DNA of 61,052 nucleotides, taken from NCBI GenBank assembly GCA_008632985.1, contig QPGO01000034.1, positions 573,311 through 634,362 of the forward strand, written 5' to 3'. How positions within the stretch are numbered: position 1 is the first letter of the stretch; every line of letters starts with the position of its first letter. This document shows positions 23,764-36,400 of this stretch, piece by piece. The notes under the pieces are model-generated. The model saw nothing but the letters and a program-made list of their open reading frames with translations. It did no database searches and was not told the origin of the DNA. The translations under genes and the position numbers were made by a program. Origin of the DNA: Psammoneis japonica (Eukaryota).

Positions 23764-25847
23764 CGATCAAAATGGGTCAAAAATTGTTTGTCAGTGAGAG
23801 ACTGGAGGCGGGGTGCGTCATCAGCGGCAGAGTTGAGGCATCCAGGCCAGCAATCATGGAGTCCAAGGTGGCGGTGACAGCTTTGATGGAAGGCTTGGTG
23901 CCGGAGAAGCTTGGAGGCGGGTTCAATCATTGTAGCCGATCCTTTGCGTTGCCAACACATTGTGCCGGAATTGTCGGTGCGAGATGGGACAGTGCACTCG
24001 TGCATGTCGAAACACTCAGCGGCGGTGTGGGATTGTATGACGCTGCCTGCGAGTTTGAGGTCGGTGTCAGTGATGGGACCTCTAGGGTTGGTGTGCGTGG
24101 CTAGGCGGGATGTGACGCACTTCGGAAAGGGAAGTCGCCACACCACGGGGCCTGCATCACGTTGAGTGCAGTGGCGGCCGTTGCTGAAGCGGAGGGTGGC
24201 GGCGCGCGGGACAGCAGTGTCGGTGGGCAGGAGCACGCCGCCGGCGCTGTGGCCTGCTGCATCATGGCAGCCTGTAAGAGTTGGTTGTAACGGAACCAGT
24301 TCTTGAATGCGAGCGGGTCGCGAGTCGAGGGTGGCTTCGAGCTCGCAAAAATCGTCTGGTGCTGAATGGGCATTTTGAGCAAGGCAGACTCGGGAGTCTG
24401 GTGCAGTGTGTCGGAGGTTCTCCTGAAGTTCTGAGTGCAAACCAAGCAAGCCTGGGATGGCAATGCTGAGGGAGCGCAGTTCACCTAGAAGCTTCTGGCA
24501 TTTGGTGGCGGTGGCACGCTTTCTGGTGCGAGGAAAATCCTTGTACAGCGTGTTGCGAAGTCGCTCATGCCTCCGTGGCGTGAGACGGATGGTCATTGAT
24601 TGTGTGTCAATGAGCCACCCTGGCACTTCTTTCTGTGTGGACCAGGTGGCGTCACCCTTGCGGAGCTTCTTGACAGAGGCTGGCTCCTTGCGGGTGGCTG
24701 GATCCTGGGAATCGAGGGGACGGAAGATGTCGTCTAAAGCATGCAGAATGACTCGATGTACATTTTGGCGGGACCGTCGCGAGCCTTGCACGGCTCCGAT
24801 GAAGTCGTCCACATAGATTTCGACGCATTGTAGACGACGACGGCGGTGTCGCCTGAGATGTGGGTCGTGCGCCTGTGGCACTGGCACAGCTTGCGTGGTG
24901 CCGTCGTCTGGTGGTGGTTGGTGTGGCGGCGGCCTGCTGTTGAGCAAGCGTTCCAACGGGTGTGCTGGAGCCTTTACGTTGCGCATGAGGTCCAGGTTGG
25001 CCATGTCCGCTGTGGTTTCGGCAGCAGTGCAAAACACAGGCGGCGAGTTGGCCCATCCCACAGGCAGACGTGTGGGGAAGGCAACGAGTGGTGGTTCGCC
25101 TGGCAAGCTTGGGAAAACCACTCCCAAGGTGGGTGCTTGGTCCGGGGCAAGTTGCACGCGATGGCAGCCATCTGCAAGATCGATCTTCATGAGGTGGACC
25201 TTGCCTTTATGCGGGTTGGCCAACAGGATGCGACGCAACAATCTGTCCAGGGCTCGACCAAATTGCATGGCTTCCACTGCGGCATTCGGTTGTGTCGAAG
25301 GGTTGACGCCATAGAACGTGTGGTCTACGATGGGGCGTGGGCGCCTGCCACATTGTGGCACCACACCAATGGGGCCAACTCGAAGCCCCGGCACATTGCG
25401 GACTTCGTGGTGCAGAACCACAGTCCAAAAACCCTTTTCCACCACATCGGCCACATCTTCGCGCAAGAACTTGATGTGTTCGTATGCGGACTTGTGTGGT
25501 CCTCTTTCGACACTGGCGTCTAGCTCAGCGCACGTCCAGGGTGCGTCGGCGACAGTGATCGGTGCTCCACGGCACTTGCACTGTTTTAGCAGTCGATGTG
25601 CTGGGTGTCGTTGGCTTCTGGCCAGGGGGCCCCAATCGCCTCTGCCGCTGCGGTGACGCAACAGGTGGCTGAGTCCTTCACGACGCAATGAACCAGTGTC
25701 ATTTGAAATGTGCTCACCTGATTTGTCATTGTAAATGGCAGCAGCCACATCCTGTCCACGTGCAGTGGGGCGGGTGCGCTGCCGTTTCGAACTCTCCACA
25801 GTTGGGGGTTGTGGATGCGTCGGCCGCTCTTGGCACCAAGTCCCCAA
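23244..25847 (-). pseudogene. RT/RNase H of the Ngaro element (hypermutated but frame open)
   Basis: PIGVVPQ..RRPRPIVDHT, AMQFGRAL, KIDLADGCHRV, RLPVGWANSPPVFC, IYVDDFIG, GCHDAAG, RTDNSG. Confidence 0.9.
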
Positions 25848-27295
25848 ACTTGGGCCATTGCCGAAGACCTGTTCGGTCTTCCAATGTTCCTCGCCCCAAG
25901 CCAGGAAGCGCTGCTGCTCATCCTCTGTGTGGTCATTGCGATGGTCGCAGCTTGAGCCGCAGTTGGAGTTGCACTGTCCCTTGATGTGGCAGGGGTTGCA
26001 ACAGACGCGCCCTTGATCGTCCTTTGGGAGCTCAATGTTGTCTCAGGCGCATCGGTTTTTGACGTCCCGTGACCGCACGTTGGGGCGATCGCCCAACCTC
26101 GCGAAGCGCGAGTTGCATGTGGGGTTGCGAACGATGCTGTTGGTGCCCGCTCGCACGGCGTCGCCCAACCCTGTAACAGGAGCAGGGGGTGCTCCGGACC
26201 TTGTGGCAGGCGTGACAGAGCCCGTGGCCTGCATCGAAGGTGGGAGGCTGAGACGCCAAAACATGGTGCCCTTTGCCGCTTCATGTGCAATGTTGTGTGC
26301 CGTGAAGGGCACTTCCTGGTGCGTGGTGGCTTGAGACAGGAACCAGTGGCGCACTTCCACCTGGCACAGCGTTGTAGATCCACAGGGAGCGTTGGGTGCA
26401 AGGTGTGCTGGCACATGAGCTCATTGGCATGCCGATCCATGTTGGTGCGCTGAAGGGTGAGCCACTGCACGACGGGGTGCCGATTTCCAAGGGTGGCCGA
26501 GAGGATGAGATGGCAACCGTCACAGGATTGCTGTGCCGCTTGCATGGTGGTCGCGACGAGTGCCTTGTTGGGCGCTTCCAGGAGCTGTGTGTCTTGGAGG
26601 GACGGAACACCGGCACCTCCGTGCATCTGTGCGTACATTGCATTGCGATGCGCGATCTGTTCGGCTGCTTGTGGAGTGGTGAGCCCGAACAAAAATGGGT
26701 TGATGCCTTGTGTCGGCTCCTCCTGATCACAGCCAGCAAAATCGAGTTGCACCAGCTTTGTGACAAGGCCAACGGTCACTGGGAGGTCGAAATGCACTTG
26801 CAAGGCCTGATGCTGCTCGTCAACAGAATTTTGAACGACAGCGAGGCGTCCCGTCTTTGGTGCTGCGGCAAGTGCTTGCCAGAAAGGCGGGAGTGCGGCC
26901 TCGTTGTAGACCTGGCACCAGCGCAATGTCCCAGTGATGCCAAGTGCGCCCCAAAACTCCGCGGGTGTCTTTCCCCAGCTGGCAGCATTGCACCTTGCCT
27001 CTTCGTCCAACCGCTGTTGCTGCTGCTCGGTGGTGAGACCTTCAATGGCGGCAATGACGGGTTGAAAGTGCTGCACCGGTGCTTGAGTGCCGGCGTTGCG
27101 ACCCGGCAGATCTCGCTCAACCTTGTGGTCAAAAAAGCACATCAAAGCATCATTGGGCGGCCATGTCATGGTGGGCCATCCTTGCGCCGCTGCGGCTCCT
27201 GGTGGTTGATTCATGACATGTGAAAGGGGAGGCTCTTCCTGCGAACGACGAAAACAACAAACGGCGGACGGAATCCTGCGCCGAATCGATGGCAT
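25586..27295 (-). pseudogene. gag-like ORF1 of the Ngaro element (frameshifted near the 3' end)
   Basis: First long ORF after repeat A1, overlapping the RT ORF. Assignment rests on position, not on a recognised motif. Confidence 0.65.
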
Positions 27296-27551
27296 TAAAA
27301 ACCATCTTGCGGCTGTTGCTCTTGGCTGCTCTTCGGAAGAATGAGAGGAGCGAGTGGAAGAGCAAATGGCCGTTGCTCTGGTCTTGCGAAAGCGCGTTCA
27401 AATTGTTGAACGGCTAGAAACGACCCAACGGTCAAAAACGGGCCACAACGGCCAGGCGTGGGTCATTTCGCTTCGTCGAACGTCGCGAGGTTGGGTCATT
27501 TCCGGCCACGTCGTCCGTCGCTGGTTCGCTGGTTCGTTCGCGGAGTCGAAT

Positions 27552-27635
27552 GCTGTGCGTTGTTTCATGCGTAGATTCCGTCACATACGTAATATTACGT
27601 AGGTGACGGAATCTACGCATGAAACTACGCATGGC
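27552..27635. repeat. Near-perfect 84-bp spacerless palindrome
   Basis: Left arm GCTGTGCGTTGTTTCATGCGTAGATTCCGTCACATACGTAAT versus the reverse complement of the right arm GCCATGCGTAGTTTCATGCGTAGATTCCGTCACCTACGTAAT: 4 mismatches in 42 bp. Centre at 27593/27594. Confidence 0.95.
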
Positions 27636-27706
27636 TTTCTGATGAAACTGGCATTGCTCTCACAACAACAGCTCACAACTTAGACAAACTCCGAAACTGC
27701 GGTACA

Positions 27707-29060
27707 ATGAGCTTCAACCCACCCTTTGATGATGACGACTACGCGCCCATGGCCCCGGATCTTGCTCGCAACCCTTCTGCAGGATCGAGTGGTTCCAACC
27801 GATCGGCTTCCAACCGATCGGCCTTGCTCCCGGGCTTTGGTCGAAACGAGTCCGGAGGATCAAACGGCTCCAATCCAAGTCGGTCAGGACTCATCGGGTC
27901 CTCCTTAGACACTATCATTGCGGTGGTAAGTGCTGTGTGGCTGGTGTCTTGGTGCGTCTTTTCAGGACTCGTCCCTCACCTTCTTTTTTGTGCACTAGCC
28001 GTCCATCATCCAGAACGCTGCATCGTCTTTGACGTCGATTGTCCCCACGGGCACCTCGAGGAGAGCCGCCTCTGAGCGTCCACCTCTCCCTCCCTCCCAC
28101 CACCGCAGCCTTTCTGGTGGTTCTTTGAGCGCTGCGTCTTCCACGCAAAGCCATTCTCAAGAGTCGGATCGTTTGGAGGTAGATTTGGAGGAGGGGGGAA
28201 CCGTTGTAGCTGATCCTCAGACACTCGCGGACTTTGATACTTACATTCGTGTCACTCGTGCGGAGCACGAACACTACCTCAAGTACAACCACGAGAAAGA
28301 CCTGGAGGGTTTGGTGAAAGTGGCCAACGAGCGCATGGTGCACCTCAAGAACAGCGAGAATGGTTTGGCAATTACCAAACAGAAGAAGAAAGGGTTGGAA
28401 AAGAAGATCGCTCAGTTGAAAGCTCAGCTTGACAAGATCAAAAAGCAAGAAATTGCGGGCAAGCACCATGTTCAACAGTGGGTTGCGAGCGTAGAAGCAG
28501 AGATAGCCGACGTTCATCGGGCGCATGAGCGTCGTGCTATTGCTGAGTGGATTTTAAACGATGTTCCCGGTGCTCCCAAGAAATACGCGTACAAGTCGCT
28601 TGAGTTCATTCGCGAGGACTCCGGTTTCAACACGCAAAAGGCTTACGACAGGCTTGAGCACGTCCTCGACATCCGAGCCGAGTTTATTCGTTTGGTGAAC
28701 CTAGACTTCGAACTAAGTGAAGGCTGTCCAAGCGGAAAATTAAACGCTTACCCCAAACAAGCCATGGTGAATGGGAATAGGGTAAGTGAGAAAAAACCTG
28801 ATTATCTGCAACGCTTCAAGGAAACCCTGGGATGGGTGGACATTGCCGAAGAAACCGCTGCAGAAAAAATTCGGCGCCTGGATGCAGAGGCAGAGGCGAA
28901 AAGGGCCGAAGCTGATGCTCTTCGCAATGCGGAAATAGAGCGATTGGACGAAGAGCCTGCCACCGAGCAATCGGGCCAAGAGGCTGCCGCCGAGCCGATG
29001 GCTGACGACGACGGGGTCATCGAGAATCATCGTCCTTTGAAGCGTCCACGCATGGGATAG
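27707..29060 (+). CDS. Intact two-exon hypothetical protein, 426 aa (Ser/Gly-rich N-terminus, coiled coil, basic C-terminal RPLKRPR)
   Basis: join(27707..27925,27999..29060). The 73-nt phase-0 intron GTAAG...TTTTTTGTGCACTAG fuses the 27707 and 28029 ORFs in frame. Normal Tyr, TpA and CpG content. No family recognised. Confidence 0.75.
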
Positions 29061-29067
29061 ATCACAG

Positions 29068-29162
29068 GGAGGGGTAGTGGGAGTGTCAAGTGGGGTTGAG
29101 GGGTTAGAGTGAGTGTCGATTGCGGTTGAGGGGGTAGAGTGAGTGTCAATTGGGATTGAGGT
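29068..29162. repeat. 30-bp minisatellite, about 3 copies
   Basis: GAGTGTC.A.TG.G.TTGAGGGG.TAGAGT units at 29081, 29111 and (partial) 29141. Confidence 0.85.
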
Positions 29163-32100
29163 GAAATCGACTACTTGCATTGTTTCAGAAATGATTTGGA
29201 CAACGTCCCTGGACGAGGGAGAGCACCATAACTTGTAATAGTCGGCGGATCGCGTTCACTTCATATGTCTTTACCATGTCTAAGCTGCATCATTCACAGC
29301 GTTCCACCCGGCATGCCTCATTCTTCCCTAATCTTCAGTGCGACACTTCCTTCTGTGGGTTTATCGACCACCATGGCTTCGAAAGTGGTCGAGAGCCCAG
29401 CAACAGAAGCGTGGACGCTGTTGGGGTGACATCTCAGTCATGTCATTCGAGTTAAGGTTCACACTGACACGATGCAACCGGGGCAGCAGTCGGGTGGATG
29501 GGCCACCAGAACAGGTGACAAACATCAGTGCCGGGTGGGGTTGCATCACTTTGTAGACCATGCGTTGGAATGGGAGTGCTGCACATTTAAAACCATTTAA
29601 ACACTGTCAAAAATTCTTCTATTTTCTCTAAACTTTTAGTCGAAAATGCAAATGCAGGGAGTGCAGTGTCATTGGCAGCCGGCCCAATGGATCAAAGGAC
29701 TGTTTCCAACATTTTCACAACTCTTGTTTTGCAGTGGTGGTGACAAGGAGCTCCCAGCAAACACCTTGCAAGATTGTGACATCATTCTGCTCTCATCTCA
29801 CACACACAAAATTGTGCTGAAGTGCTTGACTTAATCTCTGAAATGCTCTTCCCTCAAAACTCTCAAGACTGGCCGCCAGAGCCCAGCTCTGGAATGCTGC
29901 ACCCAGGACAAGCAAAAGCATTGTGCAGCAACTCCAGAAAGAGAAATTCCTTTGTCAGGTCAAATGATGCTCCAGTGTCCAAGCAACATTGGCTTGTTCA
30001 GCTCTTGCAAGAAGATGACATGGCCTTCCTTCATCTCTGCCGCCAGCCATTGTGAATTTTCAGGCGTTGGGGCAGGCACCAAGTGATGTCTTCCACAGCC
30101 CAATGCCTCAGAGATCAAAAACAATGCTCTGCTCACCAATGTCTTCAAGGTGATGTTTCTCACCATGCTCCACTTCATGCAGCTCTGGCTCCATGGAACA
30201 AGCTGGCAGTTGCTGCTCTTGGGCACTGCAGCACTTTCTTGCTGACAGACTTGCTCAAATCAATGGTGATTTGTGGTTCATTCCATTGCATCAGACAACC
30301 CATGGACAAACTGCTGTGCACATCAAGAGCAAAACCTTGGCATAAGACCACATTTGAGAACAACCCAGGTGCCACTGTGGCTTTTGTTGGTTGGCACAAA
30401 TGCCAAAAAGTTCTGCAACCTTCAAGCTCTTTTTGTCCAGCAGTCATCAGCACAGTTTGGTGCATCCATTCAGAGCAGACCAGCACAAAAAAAAACAGCT
30501 GACAAAAGGGGGTCTCTCCCCATGGTGGGAATCGCCCTTGACCCACAACTGACTTTCAAAAAAGTGTTTTCACAAGGGTCCTTTTGTTGTTGTTCTTGAG
30601 AATCCTGTGCTCCTCATGTGCACTTTCCTGCCAAAATGGCAGTGATGGCAGAACATCAAAACAACTTGTTGAACAAACAAAGTTTGTCAATGCTGGCATT
30701 CACTCAAGAGCTTGTTGATGTGCACACAACATTTGGAAGAGGACCCCAATCTTGCTCCAGTCCAATTTGTCTGCAGTCTTGGGCAAGTTTAGAGTTGTTG
30801 CAAGCAGCAAAACAGCCTCTCAATGAAGGGCTCAGCAGTCTGTGGTCTGAGAGCTGAGAGCACTGCCAATCACAACCCAAGGTCTGCAGTGCTGTGACAA
30901 CAAAGCATTGCTGGAAGAAATGGATGACTTTGACAAGCAAAGCAATGATGGATTTTTCAACAAACACAAACGATCAATTGCACCATGTCATCTTCAAGCA
31001 ATGGCAATGCCAGTGGCACCAACCATGTGCCGCCAACACAAGAAGACAGTCACACTGATGGTGTGCCTTGTGACAAGGGCATGGAGCTTGTGCCAACCCC
31101 TCACCTCTTTGACCGAAGGCTGTTCTTGCACCTCCATGTTTGTGACAGCAAAGAACTGTCAACAGAAGAAAAGATGTGTGCGGACATGAGTGTCATGTCA
31201 ATGAAAGTGTCTGGCCTCAAATTGTTTTGCCACAAGTGCAAGTGTGCTCGCAATGACAGCCGCACACCCAAAAACCTTTGCACCTCAGGCAATTTTGGTG
31301 ACTTGAAGAAACATCTGATGATGTGGTTCTGCAACTTCCAGCAGGAAGAAGTGTGCATTTTTGGTTCTGCATCTTCCAGCAGGAAGAAGCATGCATTGAA
31401 AAGTGCCCCTTCAGCGCTTCCAAGAGCTGGAGCCAGGCAGAAGATGCATGCATTGTTGAGATGCTGAGTGACCCTTCCTTCCAGAAACCCCTCCAGCACC
31501 TTCACCAAAAGGCCCCACATGTTGTGCTGGATCAAGGGCAAGAACCCACCCCTTGTTGCTGTGCGCTGACAGTTCATGGCAGTTCTGCACAACAATTTTG
31601 ACAAGCACAAACCCAAAATGCAGGAGGTTTCAAGATGACCCACTGCTCAAGGCCTTTGATCCCAATGACAAAACAATTGCTTCCTGTGCTCCAGATGTCA
31701 TCAAATTGAGGGTTGGTCAGCTCAGAAGCAGACTGACAGTGGTGCACAAGCTTGGCACAAAAAGTGTCTTGGACCCAGAAGGTTTGAAAATGCACTTGTT
31801 TTGACAGATCCACTGGACCAAGCAATTCTCTGTTTGGTGGAAGGCAATTGACCACCATGGTGATTCATCTGTTCTCAACAAGTTTGTGTGCCTTCTTCCA
31901 GCTGGCTCAGGTGTGAATGCCTTGGATCCTGGCACCATTGAATGCAGCCTGGAAGCCACCAGCTCCATCTTGTGCAGCAGGGGCAAGGGTGACAGCTCCT
32001 CCAGCAAGCCCAAAAGTGTGTCTGATAAAATCCTTGGCGCAGTCAATGAGTTGAAAAGTGACACAAGGGACAAGGGCAACAAAGAGAACATGTTTCTCTT

Positions 32101-32869
32101 GCAGCAGAATCAAGACCATGCCCAGAACAAAGTCAAGCAACTCAATGATGAGATTCAGGCCATGATGCATGAAAAGGTTGATCAAGCAGTGCAAAAGAGC
32201 CTGCAGTGAGTGCAAGGAGCTCAAGAAAGAGGTGGCAAAAGCACAACAAGTTGAGCTGGACAGCAACATTGAGCACAATGATGCTTCTTTTCTTCTGGCT
32301 GAGTCATCCAGCAGCAGCAACAATGAGGTGAGTGCCTTGTGCATTCTTGGTCCTTTTTGCAGCAAAGTCAATGATTTGCGCCAACTCAGTGTTTGTTGTC
32401 AACACAAGTGCCATCAACACCATGGAGGGGACAAGTCTGCTGAGAAAGCATCTGCTGGGAACAACTCTGATGGCAATGGCAGAAGGAATGAGTTTGCAGA
32501 GCTGGAAGAAGATGGCCAGTTGGACGGCAAGAGTGATTTGCGCAATGAACTGGTGTGCTGCAGCAACATGGAATGCAGCAAGCACAACACCACAATTTCA
32601 ATTTTGTGGATTTGTGTTCTTGGTCATCAAACATGTGCTGCAATTGCAACTTTTGTGGGTGTCACTTGCATTGTGTTGGTTGCAAAGCTTGCCTTGATGA
32701 AAATGACCACACACTTCCCTGACTTGTGGGCACCCTGACTGCACTGGCAGGAGTGACTTCGCACATTTGCGTCATGCCCTGATGTGGACAACAACACCAC
32801 AGACTGTGATTTTCCATCTTCAGACAGCAGCGAGTGCACTGCAATGGGTTGAGCATTGTTTGGAGAACA

Positions 32870-33430
32870 ACAGCACATTTGAATCATCACTCAGGTGTCC
32901 TGCCAACCCCACAGCTGTGCACCCAAGTCCTGGTGCATTTTGGTTGTTCAGGCACTGCTTTGCAAAAACTTTGAGTTGTGGCACAATCAATGGCAATGAC
33001 ATCATCTGCAGAATGAGAGCTTTTCCATGATGTCACTTTCATTTCCATGCCCCTGGAAGATCCGAATCGGCACTCAGATGTCCTGTCGACCCTGCAGCTG
33101 CACGCCAAAATCCTGGTGCATTTTGCTTGAGTGGGCGTTGCTTTACAAAAACTTGGAGTTGTGGCACATTCAATGGCAATGACATCATCTGCAGAGCAAG
33201 AGCTTTCCAATGATGTTGTTTTTATTTCCATGCCTCTGGCACATCCGAATCATCATCCAGACATCCCACCACCAACCCCACAGCTGCACGCCAAAATCCT
33301 GCTGCATTTTGCTCAAGCAGGCACCGCTCCAGCCACAGCAGAAATTGTGGGACAATCAAAGGCAATGATGCTGTCTGCAGAATGACAACTTTCCAATCGT
33401 GTCACTTTTGTTCCCATGACCACAGCAGAT
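32870..33430 (-). repeat. Older inverted copy (about 3 units) of the 183-bp satellite
   Basis: CATCATCTGCAGA..GAGAGCTTTCCAATGATGT and CAGCTGCACGCCAAAATCC are reverse complements of the 48.7-52.9 kb unit. Confidence 0.85.
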
Positions 33431-36400
33431 TGGCTCTCCAGTTGTGGTTCATTGCCATTGACAACAAAGCCACATTTCTGCCGCCACTGCAAGGTGGGTG
33501 AACAGCATTGGCAGTTCTCAACAAATCTGCAATTTGTTCCCCCAAATTGGACACCGCCCATGATGAACCCATGGGACAGACCTTTTTTCAAGCCAACAGT
33601 CACATCCCATGGGCTTTGCTGCAGAAAGGAATGGCTCACCCTGTTGGTGCTGACCTGGTCCAGTGTTGACTGAAGGAACATGCAATTCATCATCATCAAC
33701 TTTGAGGTCTTTCAAAAAATTGTGCAGGCAAAATGTTGGTCAAATCACCAAGGGACACCTGCACAATGGAAAAAGCACACAGGCCACCAAAAAATTCCAA
33801 ACTTCTGGCAGACATTGTCCCACATGCACCCAGTGCAATTGTGGCAGCCTTTGTTCAGACAACAGCTGAAGGCATCCTCACATGGCTCACACTCTACAAG
33901 CCCTGCACCTGTCCATGGACCAACCCAATTTGCACCACAGCTACAAGCCTCATCCAAAGAGATGTGGCAGCACCTCTCTGTGCCGTGACACTTGACTTGG
34001 GTTGCATTCTCCCATCTTCTGCCCATGGCACACAACTCCCAAGCCATCCTGTCATGAGAGTGTGCATTTCCCCTGGCATGGACATCCAACACTTGGCACT
34101 TTGGGATTGTGCCTGCAATTGCTTGGACATTGGTTGCTGGAAAACCCTTTCAATTGATGTGCAACATTGGGTTCTTGCACCTGTTGCCACCGGGCACACA
34201 AGTTCTCACAGCACATCCATCCAGTGCTCCCACATGACCCAAACACAGTTCAGGAAGATTGTTCTTGTTTGTCAAGAATTGATTTGGCTTTGTGGTCAGA
34301 AAATGAACAGCGCCAACATCAGCCAAAACAATCACCTTGAAAAAATCAAACAAAGTGTCCTCCACACAAGTGTGGTCCACACCAAAAGCAAACATGAGAG
34401 GCCCTGGAGAACAACCTTGAGCCCCCATGTAACCAACTTCCAGTTTTCATCAACAGCAGCCAAGTGGCCTCCTGTTGCAATCCTGTTGGCCCACAATGAT
34501 GGTGCCCAACAATTTTGGCTTCAAATGTGGGTGCAATTTGTTTTGGAGACTTTCCATGGCATGTGGAGGCATTCTGAAAACAGCTGCAAATTCTCCTGTG
34601 AGCAGGAAGGCACAGCGTGAGTCGAGCAAGTCCCAAAGAATGCATTTTGCATGAGCAAAACAGCAACAAGTTCTGCCAACAAAGCAAGCCTCTTTTTCTT
34701 TTTCCTTGGTCTTGTTGCCACCAATGCACTGAGATCTGTCAGAGCTTCATCAAAAAAAAAAAAAAACAGACCCACCTTTTAAGTGCTGTCACTCCTTTGC
34801 CAGCTGGGCCGGCGCCAGCTGACCCACACTCCCAGCACACAGTTGAGTGCAGCAGGAGTTTGCATGGGATCAGCTGGAATGGGTGTCACCAGAAGATGAC
34901 ACCCCACCAAGACAACTGAAAAGGAATGATTCACACAAGGGATTTGTTGCATGCTTGTTGATGACAGCCACAGAAGGCACACCACAACTGCAGTGCACAA
35001 TTGCATTCAGATGGGTTTTTAAAACAGTCCACAAAAAAGGAGCCTTGAAGGTGAGATGAGCAGGTCATCGGAGAAATGTTCTTGACACGTAGAAACAATG
35101 CTGAGTCTTGCACAGAAAAGCCGATGAGAGCAGCAAACTGAAGACCATCAAATGGCACCACAGGGTGACTTGCATTCTTGCTGAAAAGGGCCGCAAAAGA
35201 AGCAGCACATTTACCACAAAGAGTGAAGTGCTTGACTGCACAGCAGAGAAAAGAAGAGAGGTTGAAGACCAATTGGCAAGGACAAAAGTGGTCCGGAGAA
35301 GTGACACGCAGACAGTCAGAAGTGACATGCAGAAACAACACCAGATCTTGCGCAGAAAGACTGATGGGAGCAGCAAATTGACGACAATCAAATGACTCTG
35401 AAGGACAACCATTGTTCTTGCTGAAAAGGGCCGCAACAGAAGCAGCACTTGCACCACAAAGAGTGAAGGACTTGAATGCACGGTGAGGAAAAGAAGCAGT
35501 GTTGAGAATCAATTCACAAGGACAAAAGCAGGCCAGGGAAGTGACATGCAGATCGTCAGCAGCATCTGCAGATCCACGCAGAATTTGCACCAGAACCTGT
35601 GTAGAAAATTTTCTGAGACAACAGAAAATTACAAGAAATGACAACCAGCACACGAGCCAAAAGGCCGGGACACTCATCATTTTCCACTGATGAACTTTGC
35701 TCATCATGCTGCAACAAGGATGCACCATTGGTGAACGTGGGCAGAATGGGCTTGTTGGAGCCAAATCAACACTGTCTGAGAAGGGCGACATCAGCACGAG
35801 AACTCGCATAGAAACACATGCAGGAGGTTGCCAGTGGGAGCTTGCATGAAAGAGCATGGAAGACATCAAAGTCTGAAAGTTCTTGGCAGCAAGAAATGCA
35901 ATCCCTTGCCAGGCAACATTCCCGGAATGCATTGGATGGTTGCGTTGCAGCTCCAAAACCATGACGGAAATGACAATCCACAAACACATCCATTGCCATT
36001 TTGGAGTCAAGGAATCTGAAGACATGGGCCTTCAGTGGAGGACCATTTGCAGCTAGGATGGAACACGACCCAAATTCAACAGAGACAGTCCAAAAAAGAA
36101 CCCCGTGGCAATCCACATTGACGTTGACATTGACCAAGCCCACCAAGCAAGGATCCAAGCAGAACATCTGTGGCAAGTTGGAGCAAGGAAGAAAACACTT
36201 GGCCTGACACTGCATTTTGCACCTTGTCACTCATCTCAGGCACTCCAATGTGCCCCAGATGATGTCAAGAAGAATGTCACCAAACTGGCTCAATGCCAAC
36301 ACTGCCTCACAGAACAGGTCCTTGGACAAGCAGACCACACCTTTGTTGAACATCTGGACTCACCTGTCTCAGACCCAAAGAGAAAGGCCTGGACCTCAAG

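Larger units (their letters stand above)
21971..27494 (-). mobile_element. Complete Ngaro-type tyrosine-recombinase retrotransposon with split direct repeats A1-gag-RT/RH-YR-B1-A2-B2
   Basis: Repeat A is 27292-27494 and 22145-22347 (203 bp). Repeat B is 22349-22503 and 21971-22125 (155 bp). Three overlapping minus-strand ORFs lie between them. Confidence 0.92.

Noticed and set aside
29640..32700. Possible decayed Crypton or other recombinase ORF on the plus strand
   Set aside because: Only vague resemblance; no catalytic motif could be read with confidence.
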